Origin: a virus
DNA length: 62,653 bases
Reading direction: 5' to 3' (one strand)
Virus record (IMG/VR): IMGVR_UViG_3300011921_000001
Location: 1-62,653 of that record
Of this stretch, positions 50,556-59,748 are shown piece after piece. A model generated the notes under the pieces. That model was not told where the DNA came from and searched no databases. It saw nothing but the letters and a program-made list of their open reading frames with translations. Within the stretch, counting starts at the first letter, position 1, and the number at the start of each line of letters is the position of its first letter. The translations under genes were made by a program, and so were the position numbers.

Positions 50556-52775
50556 TTAGATGCCTGCGGCTGCAAGGCGTTTGCGAAGGTCTTGGATTTC
50601 TGCAACAAGGTCAGCAATGACCTCAGAGGTGCTGGCTTGCATGGACTGGTACACGGGCTTGCCTTCAGCGTCCACAGCGTCTTTAGTGCCGCTTACGCTG
50701 CCTGCGTACACCTCTTGGAACTGGTGAGCCAAGAAGCCACGAGTGCGTGAGCCGCTTGCGTTCCATGTGTACTCAACAGGCTGAAGTGCGTCAATACGCT
50801 GGCCTGCATTTGCCACAGGGCCGATTACTGTTTTGAGGCGATAGTCGGAGGTAGTGCCATAGACAGTAATTGTTCCAGTTGATGAAATATCACCAACGGC
50901 ATTGTTATTACAATAAAAAGTAACAAGAATACCTGATGATGCCTTGTTATTTACATAAAGAGGAGAGCCGGAAGTTCTTGTAAATATGGCGGCTCCAAGT
51001 GTTGAGCCAAAAAGAGTAGTACCCGCCGGGTCTGAAGCAACTCCATTTTGGGGAGTTGTAATCCCAATCAGCAAATTCCCGCCAGAGTCAATACGGGCTG
51101 CATCCGCTGGTGCTGTACCCGCCACTTGAAAAGCGTCAGTTGTGCCAGCAGTTCCTGCGCCCTTTACTCGGAATGTGCCGTCGGAGGAAAACCTTCCGCG
51201 TTCTGTTCCGTTGGGATTAAAAGTTATTGGTAATGCACCAACTGTCCCAAGAATTGCTTGTGACGCGATACTATAAAGATACGCAGTGCTTGTTCCTCCG
51301 ACACGCAAAACAAAAGCCGCATCGCCTGTGCCGTTAACATCTATATTTTTATTTGCAATAGCAGAGGACGATGTAGCCCCAACAACCAAATTCCCACTCG
51401 CATCCAGCGTCATTGCTTGCACTGGAATAAAAGTAGTTCCCGCTGTTCCGGTTGGGCCAATATGCCATTGATGCGACCCTGCGGCCTGGACGTAAAAACT
51501 GGCAGCCTCAGCATTTGTGCGATACCACGCTGAATCATATGTTGCGTTGCTGGCAACATATGGATACCGAGCAGCTACAACAAGCTCTGCATTTGGGCCT
51601 TGGAACATTCGCAGCGTTGAAGCACTCGGAGTAACCCCCAGGCCGAGGTTGCCTACCGAACTGAGATGCATACCCAAAATAGGAGAGCCGCCATCAGCCG
51701 GTACAGTTAGAAATCTCAAATAACCCGCATAATTACCAGCAGTTGCAGATTCTTTTGCGCCTTGAATAAAGCCAAATGGGTATGGTGAAAAAGTATTCCC
51801 AGTTTTACCACCAAAAGTTAATACAGGCCCAACATCTGCCCCTGCTGTTTCTGTTGAAAACAATCCAACAGTTCCAATAGAAGATGCAATTGAACTTGTT
51901 CCATAAAAATTAGCTGTCGTGGGAATAGCAATGGCAGCACCAGTAGGATCGCCAACAGTGAGTTTGGCATTAGGCGAAGCAGTCCCCACCCCCACATTAC
52001 CAGCCACAGCCAAGCCGTTTGTGCCGATGCCTGCGTAGGAGGAATATCCGATCAGTTGGGATTGCTTGATTTCTAGACCACTGCTGGTCAGGCGGGCTTG
52101 TTCGACGTTGGCATTGGCAAAGATAACGCCATCACCACCAGCATTACCAAATGCAACGATGTCGCCTTTTGTGCCGCCTGACAAAATGCTTCCGCTACCG
52201 TTGGTATATGTAGCGACAGGCAACTCAAGACTGCTACTGCTGCGCTGAAGCACCAAAGCTGTGTGAGCAATCAAATTGGAGCGCGAGAGAATTGCGCCGT
52301 TCGCATCAATAAGTTGGGTTGGCGGAATTCCAACACCCAATCTAGACCCATCAAACGTCAGCGCAGAGCCAGTAGCCAATGCACTTGTAGAGCTTGCGTA
52401 CACAACACCGTTGGCTGTGAATGCTGCTGCCCCGGAGTTAATTCCCGTGCCTGCGCCTGTCAAGTAAAGAGCCCTCTCTGCGGGCTGGGTGACAAACACA
52501 TCCTTTGTGCCTGCGGCGAAGTTAACTGCTGCCCCGGCGTTGCTGGAGGACAGGATGGTGTCACGCGACAGCGTACTGCCCGAAGATGTGTATGTGCCAA
52601 GACCCACCTCCCACGCACCCGTGGCGGCATCAGCAATCGTGTAGTACGTGGTGTTTGCGTTGCCAATGGCCGTGCTAAAGCCTTGGAAGCCCGAGACCGG
52701 GCCACCCAACGAGATTGTTCCCGTGCCCGTGGTGGTTGTAGTCTCCCGTACGCGATCCGCCAGTACTAATGCCAT
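50556..52775 (-). CDS. Tail fibre (739 aa) with C-terminal S74-type intramolecular chaperone domain
   Basis: The last ~100 aa (SDYRLKTVIGPV...IDALQPVEYTWN...GFLAHQFQEV...IADLVAEIQDLRKRL) match the auto-cleaving chaperone pattern; fibre-type N-terminus RVRETTTTTGTGTISLGG. Confidence 0.8.
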   Translation of the reverse strand: MALVLADRVRETTTTTGTGTISLGGPVSGFQGFSTAIGNANTTYYTIADAATGAWEVGLGTYTSSGSTLSRDTILSSSNAGAAVNFAAGTKDVFVTQPAERALYLTGAGTGINSGAAAFTANGVVYASSTSALATGSALTFDGSRLGVGIPPTQLIDANGAILSRSNLIAHTALVLQRSSSSLELPVATYTNGSGSILSGGTKGDIVAFGNAGGDGVIFANANVEQARLTSSGLEIKQSQLIGYSSYAGIGTNGLAVAGNVGVGTASPNAKLTVGDPTGAAIAIPTTANFYGTSSIASSIGTVGLFSTETAGADVGPVLTFGGKTGNTFSPYPFGFIQGAKESATAGNYAGYLRFLTVPADGGSPILGMHLSSVGNLGLGVTPSASTLRMFQGPNAELVVAARYPYVASNATYDSAWYRTNAEAASFYVQAAGSHQWHIGPTGTAGTTFIPVQAMTLDASGNLVVGATSSSAIANKNIDVNGTGDAAFVLRVGGTSTAYLYSIASQAILGTVGALPITFNPNGTERGRFSSDGTFRVKGAGTAGTTDAFQVAGTAPADAARIDSGGNLLIGITTPQNGVASDPAGTTLFGSTLGAAIFTRTSGSPLYVNNKASSGILVTFYCNNNAVGDISSTGTITVYGTTSDYRLKTVIGPVANAGQRIDALQPVEYTWNASGSRTRGFLAHQFQEVYAGSVSGTKDAVDAEGKPVYQSMQASTSEVIADLVAEIQDLRKRLAAAGI

Positions 52776-52776
52776 A

Positions 52777-52959
52777 TCAATCTCCAGAAGTCAGCAGTGA
52801 CTCATCAATCCAGCGTTCTTGCGTCTCGCCGTTAACGTCAGTCCACTCAATCAGGCAATACACATTGCCATCCTCATCCATGCGCAAAGCCTTGACCGGG
52901 CCTTGTGGGACCACGGTTTTGACCTTAACCACATCACCTTTTTTGAACATTGTTGCCAT
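52777..52959 (-). CDS. Small beta-barrel protein (60 aa), DUF2158/YodC-like
   Basis: FKKGDVVKVKT..PQGPV......DG.VYCLIEW.D..G pattern; GAGGT RBS. Confidence 0.5.
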   Translation of the reverse strand: MATMFKKGDVVKVKTVVPQGPVKALRMDEDGNVYCLIEWTDVNGETQERWIDESLLTSGD

Positions 52960-52961
52960 TT

Positions 52962-53522
52962 TTACCTCACATCTGCAAAAGTTTTACCGTGAATTATGTT
53001 TAGCACAGTCTTGCTGCAAACACCAAGTTTTTTAGCCAACGCCAGCGCCGTCATTGTCGGGTAATTTGCACGAACATACAACGCATCCGCTGGCAGCAGT
53101 TTGGAGTTAGGGCGCTGCGGGATGGGCTTTGTCACGGCCTCATGCTCTGGCATCCCCGCTTTCAAGCGATTCAAAATGGCTGTGTGGTTGCAGCCAAGCT
53201 GTGTTGCCCACTCTTGCAAAGTTTTTGTTTGCCCATTGGCCGTCAAAAACCGATTGTTGCGCTTGTTACGCGCTTGCTCAGACCGTGTAGCCCACCGGCA
53301 ATTGGACGGGCCGTAATTGGCGTTGTTGTCAATGCGCTCCAACGTGCTGCCCTCAGGGCACGGCCCCATGTCTGCTAAAAACTGCTTGAATCCTTGCGCC
53401 CCTTGCCAACAGGCATCAACAGCAATTCCGCGCCCCCCGTAATCGGGGTAGCATTTTTGATTTTTGTTGTTGCAACGATTGTGCATGGTGCGCCAAACCC
53501 CTAGAAGCCGCTTGTTTGTCAT
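52962..53522 (-). CDS. Free-standing HNH-like/homing-endonuclease-related DNA-binding protein (186 aa from ATG 53522)
   Basis: W.TMHNRC......YPDYGGRGI.V...W ... LERIDNNANYGPSNCRWATRSEQARNKR plus a C-terminal HTH-like segment; TAGGAGGT RBS; the catalytic His is not obvious. Confidence 0.5.
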   Translation of the reverse strand: MTNKRLLGVWRTMHNRCNNKNQKCYPDYGGRGIAVDACWQGAQGFKQFLADMGPCPEGSTLERIDNNANYGPSNCRWATRSEQARNKRNNRFLTANGQTKTLQEWATQLGCNHTAILNRLKAGMPEHEAVTKPIPQRPNSKLLPADALYVRANYPTMTALALAKKLGVCSKTVLNIIHGKTFADVR

Positions 53523-53565
53523 CGTGGTACCTCCTACCAAATAAGGTAAGAGTGTACCCAACTAG

Positions 53566-54147
53566 TTAAGCTGCGTCAAGGGAGAAAGTATAACTAACCG
53601 TCACCGTATCATTGGCCACAACAGCACGATCCCCAGGGGCTGAGAAGTCCACCGCCGAGAACAACGTGCCCGTTGTGCCGCCCTTGGTGTTGCTGGTGGT
53701 CAGGAACGCCCCGCCCACAGTCGTGGTGCCATTGATGGTGTAAACAGCCGGGGAGCCGGAGTTGTCGATGACGGATGGGTCAGCCGTGGTGGCCGTGCCA
53801 AACACCGCCTGTGGGCGAGTCGCTTGGCTGTACGCAGTAACTTCAGTCCAACCAGCGTGCGACGACATCGTGTCCCCGGCAGCGGGGGTGTTGCTTGCCG
53901 CAGCGCCATACAGACCCAGATACCACGTTGCCGTGTAGCTAGAGCCCGTAAAGTATTTGGTGTTCATGTCTTGCAAGCCGACATTGACCACGAGGTTGTG
54001 CTCCTCGACTTCCCACTTCAGGTTGCCCTGAGCGTCATGGCACTGGACATGGAACACGCCGCCTGCTTTGGCAGCGGCTTGAGGGGTTGCACCAACGGAT
54101 GCGGCAGCGATGGCGGTGTCCGTGGATTTTGCTTTGTCGTTCAACAT
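53566..54147 (-). CDS. Virion structural protein (193 aa)
   Basis: Track ORF; AAGGAG RBS; weak resemblance to the adjacent 140-aa protein. Confidence 0.55.
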   Translation of the reverse strand: MLNDKAKSTDTAIAAASVGATPQAAAKAGGVFHVQCHDAQGNLKWEVEEHNLVVNVGLQDMNTKYFTGSSYTATWYLGLYGAAASNTPAAGDTMSSHAGWTEVTAYSQATRPQAVFGTATTADPSVIDNSGSPAVYTINGTTTVGGAFLTTSNTKGGTTGTLFSAVDFSAPGDRAVVANDTVTVSYTFSLDAA

Positions 54148-54156
54148 GGTTGCTCC

Positions 54157-54579
54157 TTAAACGAGACGGATGAGTGCGGATGTGCTGGTGTTTGCAGGCA
54201 TCTGCACGGTAAAAGTGTTGGCCGAGGTCTTGTCGGAGCCGAAGTCCAGCACGCAAACAGCCCCGTTGGCACCGGGCGTGTAGATCAGCGCCCCACGAGC
54301 CGTAATAGCGCCCGTCCATGCGGGGGATGAGAAGCTGATGTAGGTAGTGCTGCCTGCGCCCACAACCACACTGGAGATCGTTGCCGTGACGGGCAGGCCC
54401 GTGGGGCTGTAGTTACCGCCCGTGGCCTCGCCAAGTGTCGTGTACTCGGTGGTTGTCGAGTCCAGCGTTGCCGAGTTGGTGTACAGCGCCAAGTAGAACG
54501 TGTCCGTGGCGAAGTTGATCGTACCGTTGACAAGGCCCGAGCGCAGCGTGTTGCAGGAGTAGTTGCCGGTAAAGGCCAT
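54157..54579 (-). CDS. Virion structural protein (140 aa)
   Basis: Track ORF trimmed to the ATG overlapping the upstream stop. Confidence 0.55.
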   Translation of the reverse strand: MAFTGNYSCNTLRSGLVNGTINFATDTFYLALYTNSATLDSTTTEYTTLGEATGGNYSPTGLPVTATISSVVVGAGSTTYISFSSPAWTGAITARGALIYTPGANGAVCVLDFGSDKTSANTFTVQMPANTSTSALIRLV

Positions 54580-55256
54580 CACTGCACCCCGTTATTCTGC
54601 GGCAGGGGCGCGACACGCGCCTGCCCGCTGCGGTACGCATCGCTGCGCTCCAGACCATCGCCCAGACGTTTAGCCTGCATGAGCGCTTCTTTGTACTTGC
54701 CGTCGTACAGCGCCATCATGTCCGTCTCACCCTTCATGAAGGTGTAGGCTTCTACTAACGAGCCGTAGAGCAGCACGGTGTCAAAGTTGTCACCCAGCCA
54801 TGTCGTGTTGGCCGTGACAATTGATGCCGGGTAGAAGAAGTAGTGCAGCTCAACTTGGTAGTTGAGGTTCGGGGTTGGCCCCAAAATAAACGACAGCTCC
54901 GTGCTAGCACTGAATGTGGGGCCAAACAGCGCGTAGTACCTGGGGGTGCCCGTATCTGTTGGCGTGGGGTACGCCTGCCGGATGAAGTTCACATCCTTGT
55001 TGAGCAGGTATTCGTACGCGCCTGTGGTATCAACCACCGCAATTGAGTACACCGACAAAAAGTCATCCGGGCACGACAGATACTTGTTATTGGGCGTGAG
55101 ATTGCCCGTCACGTTTTTACGCAGTGACGGGAATTGGACCGTGTTGTAGATGCGCTGCTCCGCCTGTTTGACGAAGACAGGGATATTCGCCACGAACTCT
55201 TGCTCGTAGTTCTGGGTGTAATCCTGAATCGCAGCAGACAACGCGGCGTAGTTCAT
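54579..55256 (-). CDS. Putative head-tail adaptor/connector protein (225 aa)
   Basis: N-terminus LSAAIQDYTQNYEQEFVANIPVFVKQAEQRIYN resembles gp6-like connector proteins (from memory); position. Confidence 0.4.
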   Translation of the reverse strand: MNYAALSAAIQDYTQNYEQEFVANIPVFVKQAEQRIYNTVQFPSLRKNVTGNLTPNNKYLSCPDDFLSVYSIAVVDTTGAYEYLLNKDVNFIRQAYPTPTDTGTPRYYALFGPTFSASTELSFILGPTPNLNYQVELHYFFYPASIVTANTTWLGDNFDTVLLYGSLVEAYTFMKGETDMMALYDGKYKEALMQAKRLGDGLERSDAYRSGQARVAPLPQNNGVQ

Positions 55257-55453
55257 GCCATCGGGCCTCTGGCCATCACGCCTTTAGTTGCACAACCCGT
55301 GCCACGGATTTTGATGCCGCTGGTTTTCATGGGCGGGTAGTCTTGACTGCGGGTGTTAGCCACAGCCACATTGGCCTTGCGCATGGTTGTCTTGGCGGGC
55401 TCTTCTCCCACCACAACCGACGCTACCTTTGTTGGTTGTTTGTACGTGGCCAT
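55253..55453 (-). CDS. Small basic protein (66 aa), C-terminus IKIRGTGCATKGVMARGPMA
   Basis: Track ORF; GGAG RBS. Confidence 0.55.
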   Translation of the reverse strand: MATYKQPTKVASVVVGEEPAKTTMRKANVAVANTRSQDYPPMKTSGIKIRGTGCATKGVMARGPMA

Positions 55454-55454
55454 A

Positions 55455-55649
55455 TCAAGCTCCTTTGCGACCGGGCGACTTCTGATTTGCCACTTTGGCC
55501 AGATTGCGACCCATCTTCAGCATGTCGCTGTTGGTTTTGCCGCCAGCCTTCATTTTGGTCAGGGGCTTGCCGGGGTGCAGTGCTTTCTCGTGCTTGTGCA
55601 CAGCCTTTGCCGCAGTTTTCTTGTCCTGCATCAAATCCATTTTATCCAT
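55455..55649 (-). CDS. Small basic protein (64 aa from ATG 55649)
   Basis: AAGGAG 6 nt before ATG 55649; track ORF starts at TTG 55673; Lys-rich, MKAGGK motif. Confidence 0.55.
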   Translation of the reverse strand: MDKMDLMQDKKTAAKAVHKHEKALHPGKPLTKMKAGGKTNSDMLKMGRNLAKVANQKSPGRKGA

Positions 55650-55659
55650 GATCGACTCC

Positions 55660-56088
55660 TTATGTCGTTGCAATTGTTACTGTACCAAGGTTCACGGTCA
55701 AAACCAAATTATTTGGGGTGAGCGCTGCGTCAAAGAAGCTCGATCCCCCCACTGGGTTCCACCCCCACTGAAACACCCGGCTACCGCCCGTGGCCGTGCC
55801 GTCCTCGTCCGGGTCTGTGCCGCTGTTCGGGGCAATCTGCAGCCCGCTGGTGCCGCCCAGTTGATACGTCGTGTCGGGCCTTGGGTTGCGAACAGCCTGT
55901 GGGTCTTCAACCGGGTACATGCCAAGCTGCAACTGCGGATGGTCGGGGTCCCAGCAAATGGTGCACACCAGCATGTTCACGTTCTTGGTCTTGAGCGTGT
56001 AAGTCTTCAGCTCCTTGAGCTTGAAACGAAAGCCGCAGCGATCACACTGCGCAATCGCAAACTTGCCAGACGAAAAACGATTGGGCAT
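55660..56088 (-). CDS. Zinc-ribbon-containing virion protein (142 aa)
   Basis: CDRCG...CTICWDPDHPQ; TAATG coupling to the upstream gene. Confidence 0.55.
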   Translation of the reverse strand: MPNRFSSGKFAIAQCDRCGFRFKLKELKTYTLKTKNVNMLVCTICWDPDHPQLQLGMYPVEDPQAVRNPRPDTTYQLGGTSGLQIAPNSGTDPDEDGTATGGSRVFQWGWNPVGGSSFFDAALTPNNLVLTVNLGTVTIATT

Positions 56089-57032
56089 TAGAACCCCCCG
56101 GCGATGTACTGTCTGCGCGGCACAAACCGCACTGCTGCCTTCTCATGGTCTTCCTGCGAGGCCAAGTCCCAAGCCTCGTCATACTGCTGTTTGAGGATCG
56201 GCAACCGCTCCATCGCCCCTGGCACCTTGAGCGCCATGTAGTAGGACAGCCCTGCCACCATGCAGGGGATAAACCGGAACGGCACATCCATGACGTTGAC
56301 GCCGCCTCCTGCGTCCTGCACACGGCGCATACGCCAGTACACAAACTGGTATGTGGGGTTGCCCACAGTGCCTTGATCTGGCGTTGGCCACACGGTGATC
56401 CGTGGCGTGTTGTTGAGGTACACCGCCGTGCCCACGGCGGGGGTGGTCTGGCTGGTGCCGTTCTGTGCACGAAACACCCCGCCAAGCTGCGTTGCGCTGT
56501 TGATCCAGCCGTAGTAGATGGTCTCAGTGCCGATGTTCAAAAAGCCCAGCGTGGGCAGGTTTGCCGTGGACGAAAGCGTCAGGGTCTGCGCTCCGGTGTC
56601 CGCGCTCTGGTAGGTGTAGCCCGTGGGGGACACTTGGCCATCCAACCGCTGCACCCAGAGCTGGATTGGGCGGGCTTGCGTCAGCTTGTTGGGGATCGTG
56701 GCGTAGGTAGAAACACTGATACGCGTGATGGTCAGGTCAGCTTGGTTGGACTGCTGGTTGGGCTGGGTGCGGATCACGTGATCGAGCAGGTCCACCGTGT
56801 CGTTGGGCAGCGCGTACGTGTTTATGCCTTGGACCAGCGGGATCGTGCCCTGCTCGAAGGTCCACATGTTGACGCCACGGTTGGCCCAGTCGGCAAACAG
56901 CAGGTTCATGGACCGGCGGGCCGTGCGCAGGTCATACCCCGTGCGCATCTCTGAGCCCACGCGCTCAAACGCCTCCTCGACGATCTCAGTCAGATCGAGG
57001 TTGAAACCGGCTGCTCCAGATGTGGTGGCCAT
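56088..57032 (-). CDS. Virion structural protein (314 aa), possibly adaptor/tail-tubular-A-like
   Basis: Track ORF; N-terminus LDLTEIVEEAFERVGSEMRTGYDLRTARRSMNLLFADWANRG recalls podovirus structural proteins (from memory). Confidence 0.45.
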   Translation of the reverse strand: MATTSGAAGFNLDLTEIVEEAFERVGSEMRTGYDLRTARRSMNLLFADWANRGVNMWTFEQGTIPLVQGINTYALPNDTVDLLDHVIRTQPNQQSNQADLTITRISVSTYATIPNKLTQARPIQLWVQRLDGQVSPTGYTYQSADTGAQTLTLSSTANLPTLGFLNIGTETIYYGWINSATQLGGVFRAQNGTSQTTPAVGTAVYLNNTPRITVWPTPDQGTVGNPTYQFVYWRMRRVQDAGGGVNVMDVPFRFIPCMVAGLSYYMALKVPGAMERLPILKQQYDEAWDLASQEDHEKAAVRFVPRRQYIAGGF

Positions 57033-57037
57033 ATGTT

Positions 57038-58039
57038 TTACATTCGTCCAAAACGCCTACGGGGAGGGCGAGCTTGCATCAAACTCTGAATCCCCAACGG
57101 TTGCTGCTGGGGTGGGGCCTGGATCGCAGGTGCGGGTCTGCTCGTTGGCAAGCCCACCATCCGCTGCATCATTTCTTGCGCACTGGCTTTGTCGCCGGAC
57201 TGCATCAGTTTTTGAACGTCAGACATTGTGGGGTTCGCGTTGTAGGCAGGGGCCTGCAGCGGTGGTAGGCCAACGAGCTGCCGCATCGTGTTCTGTGCGG
57301 CAAACTGATCGCCGCCTTTGAGCTGACCAATAGCGGTGGACATGTCTGGCTGTTGCTGTGGTGCTTGCCGGGGGGCCATCATTCCGGGGGGTGGTTCCTG
57401 CAGACCGGGGTACGAAAACTGGCCCTGCAACGGCTGAAGCCCCTGCGGCATGTCCATTGACATTCGCGGGCTGTATGGCTGCTGATACTGCTGCGCCCCG
57501 CTTGCTTCCCGCTGTATGTCAGCCAATGATTTGCGGACTTGACCCCCCATAGTCGAACCCGTAAACATCTGCGTCTGGGGGTCGTACTGATAAGCAACAC
57601 CCGCATCGAGTGCGGATTTCTGCCGTTGCTTGTTTAAGTAGTCCACAACATTTTTATCAAAGCCGTAGGAATCGTATCCTTGTGGCGCTTGAGTCGTACT
57701 GGAAGGCAGGCTTTGGTTAAACGGGGATGGCGACTGCTGCTGTTGCGTCAAATTACCAAAAATACTAGCTATATTTGGCTGCTGTTGCTGCCCCATTTGT
57801 TGCTGCTGCAAGTAGTTCTGCGCAAACTGGGGGACGTTGTTCTGCTGCCCGCCCATAGTCCCGGCAGTCCCAAGGTTGCCGCCGAAGCCGCCCATAGTGC
57901 CGAAGGTCTGATTCTGACCGCCCATGCCGCCGCCAGTGTTCAACGGCGAAGCGCCGCCGCCCATAGGAGTTGATGGGGGTTGCTGTTGCGGCCCAAAAGG
58001 ATTGGGTGTTGCCGCTGGGGTGCCTGCACCGTTTGCCAT
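57038..58039 (-). CDS. Gly/Gln/Pro/Met-rich low-complexity protein (333 aa)
   Basis: Track ORF; extreme composition; TAATG coupling. Confidence 0.5.
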   Translation of the reverse strand: MANGAGTPAATPNPFGPQQQPPSTPMGGGASPLNTGGGMGGQNQTFGTMGGFGGNLGTAGTMGGQQNNVPQFAQNYLQQQQMGQQQQPNIASIFGNLTQQQQSPSPFNQSLPSSTTQAPQGYDSYGFDKNVVDYLNKQRQKSALDAGVAYQYDPQTQMFTGSTMGGQVRKSLADIQREASGAQQYQQPYSPRMSMDMPQGLQPLQGQFSYPGLQEPPPGMMAPRQAPQQQPDMSTAIGQLKGGDQFAAQNTMRQLVGLPPLQAPAYNANPTMSDVQKLMQSGDKASAQEMMQRMVGLPTSRPAPAIQAPPQQQPLGIQSLMQARPPRRRFGRM

Positions 58040-58272
58040 TATCTGTACCTCGCCGTTTTTGCGGCCACTTTGGGGGGCTGTTTCACGAACTGCTTGCCTG
58101 CGGCCTTCCCAGCCCGCTTGGCCTTTGTGGTGGCTGCGTACTCCGCAGGGCTCAAAGACTTGATCGCTGCCTCGGGCAGATACCGCTCCCCCGTCTTACT
58201 CGACGGTTTGCCAGACTTGGTGCGCCATTTCTGGTCCCCCCAGTCCTTGAGCGATTTCTGCGGGGTTTTCAC
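58039..58272 (-). CDS. Small basic protein (77 aa, GTG start)
   Basis: KSLKDWGDQKWRTKSGKPS..TGERYLPEAA pattern of a widespread small-protein family (from memory); GTGA coupling. Confidence 0.55.
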   Translation of the reverse strand: MKTPQKSLKDWGDQKWRTKSGKPSSKTGERYLPEAAIKSLSPAEYAATTKAKRAGKAAGKQFVKQPPKVAAKTARYR

Positions 58273-58667
58273 TTCATTTGACCACGAGTTTTACCACGCT
58301 GGGCGATGCCGTCGGCGCGTTTGGATGCAACTGTACCGCCTTTTTTCATCCCGCGAGCGGCCTCCCGTTGCTCCTGTTTAGCCGCTTCACGCCCCGCTTT
58401 CAAGATGTCTTCATCGTCGTCTTTGTGACGACTGCTCATAGGGTAGTCGGGGGATTTTTTCAAACGTGCTTCTTGTCGCGCACGCTCCGCAGCAGGACTT
58501 ACCTCTGTACCAAAATCTGAGGCACCTGTAAGCGCTTTGTGTAGTGCGCGTCCAGGGCTGAACCTTGTGCTCCCGCGTTTAGTGAGGTCCGCGATGCCCA
58601 AGCCCTCGGCTTCTATCGCCTTTTGCTTCTGCAACATCTTCTCTCGCGCAGTTTCTTTTTCAGTCAC
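58269..58667 (-). CDS. Small charged protein (132 aa from GTG 58667; track ORF to 58886 is probably an over-extension)
   Basis: GGAGGAGG RBS before GTG 58667. The upstream part of the track ORF overlaps the 91-aa gene out of frame. C-terminus GMKKGGTVASKRADGIAQRGKTRG. Confidence 0.5.
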   Translation of the reverse strand: MTEKETAREKMLQKQKAIEAEGLGIADLTKRGSTRFSPGRALHKALTGASDFGTEVSPAAERARQEARLKKSPDYPMSSRHKDDDEDILKAGREAAKQEQREAARGMKKGGTVASKRADGIAQRGKTRGQMK

Positions 58668-58935
58668 GATAGCCTCCTCCGGCTGCTTTGTACTTCTTGG
58701 CCACAAGCTGTGCTTTTCTCGCGCTCCACTGCCCTGCGCCAGTGCCCTGCGTGGCTGATGCCTTGACCTGCGACAAGATGCGCTTGCGCAGCTCGGGCTT
58801 GGTGTAATTGCCAGCCGCGTTGACCTTGCCGCCTTCAGCGTACTGCGTGAAGTCGGTGTCGTCCCTGCGAGCTTTCTTGACCCCACCGGGCATTTTGGAC
58901 GGGAGGATCGCTCCCATCCCGCGACTCGGTCTCAT
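58660..58935 (-). CDS. Small basic protein (91 aa)
   Basis: YAEGGKV...NYTKPELRKRI....GTGAGQWSARKAQLVAKKYKAAGGGY pattern of a widespread small-protein family (from memory). Confidence 0.55.
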   Translation of the reverse strand: MRPSRGMGAILPSKMPGGVKKARRDDTDFTQYAEGGKVNAAGNYTKPELRKRILSQVKASATQGTGAGQWSARKAQLVAKKYKAAGGGYRD

Positions 58936-58936
58936 A

Positions 58937-59305
58937 TCAGCAGGTCTTGCCGCCAGACTTCATGCCCAGAGGCTTGCTGCCGGACATTTTGACCATCTTG
59001 CCTTTGGTCTTGACACTAGAAAGACCGTCTTTGCTAGGCGCTGCGGTGCGAACCGAGCCCATACTAGACATGCCGCCACCAGCCATCTTCTTAGCCGGTG
59101 CGCCTTTTTTCTTGGCCATCATTGCCATAAAACCAGGGTTCATTTTGGAAGCCATAGTATCACCACCTTTTGAAAATTTACGGCCAGTATCGGCCTCACT
59201 AAACTCTTTGCCCACAGTCTGTGGGACCCCCACCTTCTTGGCAAATGCGGGGTTGTTGGCCACCGCTGCCATGAAATTGTGCTGCTTCTTACTCGTGCTC
59301 GGCAT
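58937..59305 (-). CDS. DUF3008-like small basic protein (122 aa from ATG 59305)
   Basis: N-terminus MPSTSKKQHNFMAAVANNPAFAKKVGVPQTVGKEF matches my recollection of the DUF3008 signature; Lys/Gly/Met-rich tail. Confidence 0.6.
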   Translation of the reverse strand: MPSTSKKQHNFMAAVANNPAFAKKVGVPQTVGKEFSEADTGRKFSKGGDTMASKMNPGFMAMMAKKKGAPAKKMAGGGMSSMGSVRTAAPSKDGLSSVKTKGKMVKMSGSKPLGMKSGGKTC

Positions 59306-59492
59306 CTGGCTTTTTCCTGCGGACCATCTCCGCAAAAGGCTTGCCCGAAATCATCTCAGCGATCCGCATCAACGTCCATACCGCACCAATCAAGCCAAAC
59401 ACCGGCGTGAGTAGTTGCAGGAATGATCCAATGGCCGCAAACACCGAGACAATGTCCAGGGTGTTCTTAACGGTTTCGTGGTTCTGGCTCAT
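59289..59492 (-). CDS. Small membrane protein (67 aa)
   Basis: Two hydrophobic segments (IVSVFAAIGSFLQLL, VFGLIGAVWTLM). Confidence 0.5.
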   Translation of the reverse strand: MSQNHETVKNTLDIVSVFAAIGSFLQLLTPVFGLIGAVWTLMRIAEMISGKPFAEMVRRKKPDAEHE

Positions 59493-59493
59493 G

Positions 59494-59748
59494 TCAGCAA
59501 TTCCACGCCCTTAATGATTTGTTGATGCGGCTGTTTGGGTCTTTGGCGGTCTTCTCGCTGGTCCGCTTCTTCTTCATGCCAGTCATCCGGGCACAAAAAG
59601 AGTCGCGCCTGCTGCCGCCCTCGGGTTGGGGGGCTTTCAGTCCGGGTTTTCCCGGATTGGCCTTGTTGTAAGACGCCCGCCCCTTGGCGTTCAAGCCACC
59701 CTTTTCGGATTTGCCTTCCTTGCGAGTCCATGCTGCGGTCTTAGCCAT
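59494..59748 (-). CDS. Small basic protein (84 aa from ATG 59748)
   Basis: MAKTAAWTRKEGKSEKGGLNAKGR...SFCARMTGMKKK...DPNSRINKSLRAWNC pattern of a conserved small-protein family (from memory); ATGGCTAA overlap. Confidence 0.55.
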   Translation of the reverse strand: MAKTAAWTRKEGKSEKGGLNAKGRASYNKANPGKPGLKAPQPEGGSRRDSFCARMTGMKKKRTSEKTAKDPNSRINKSLRAWNC

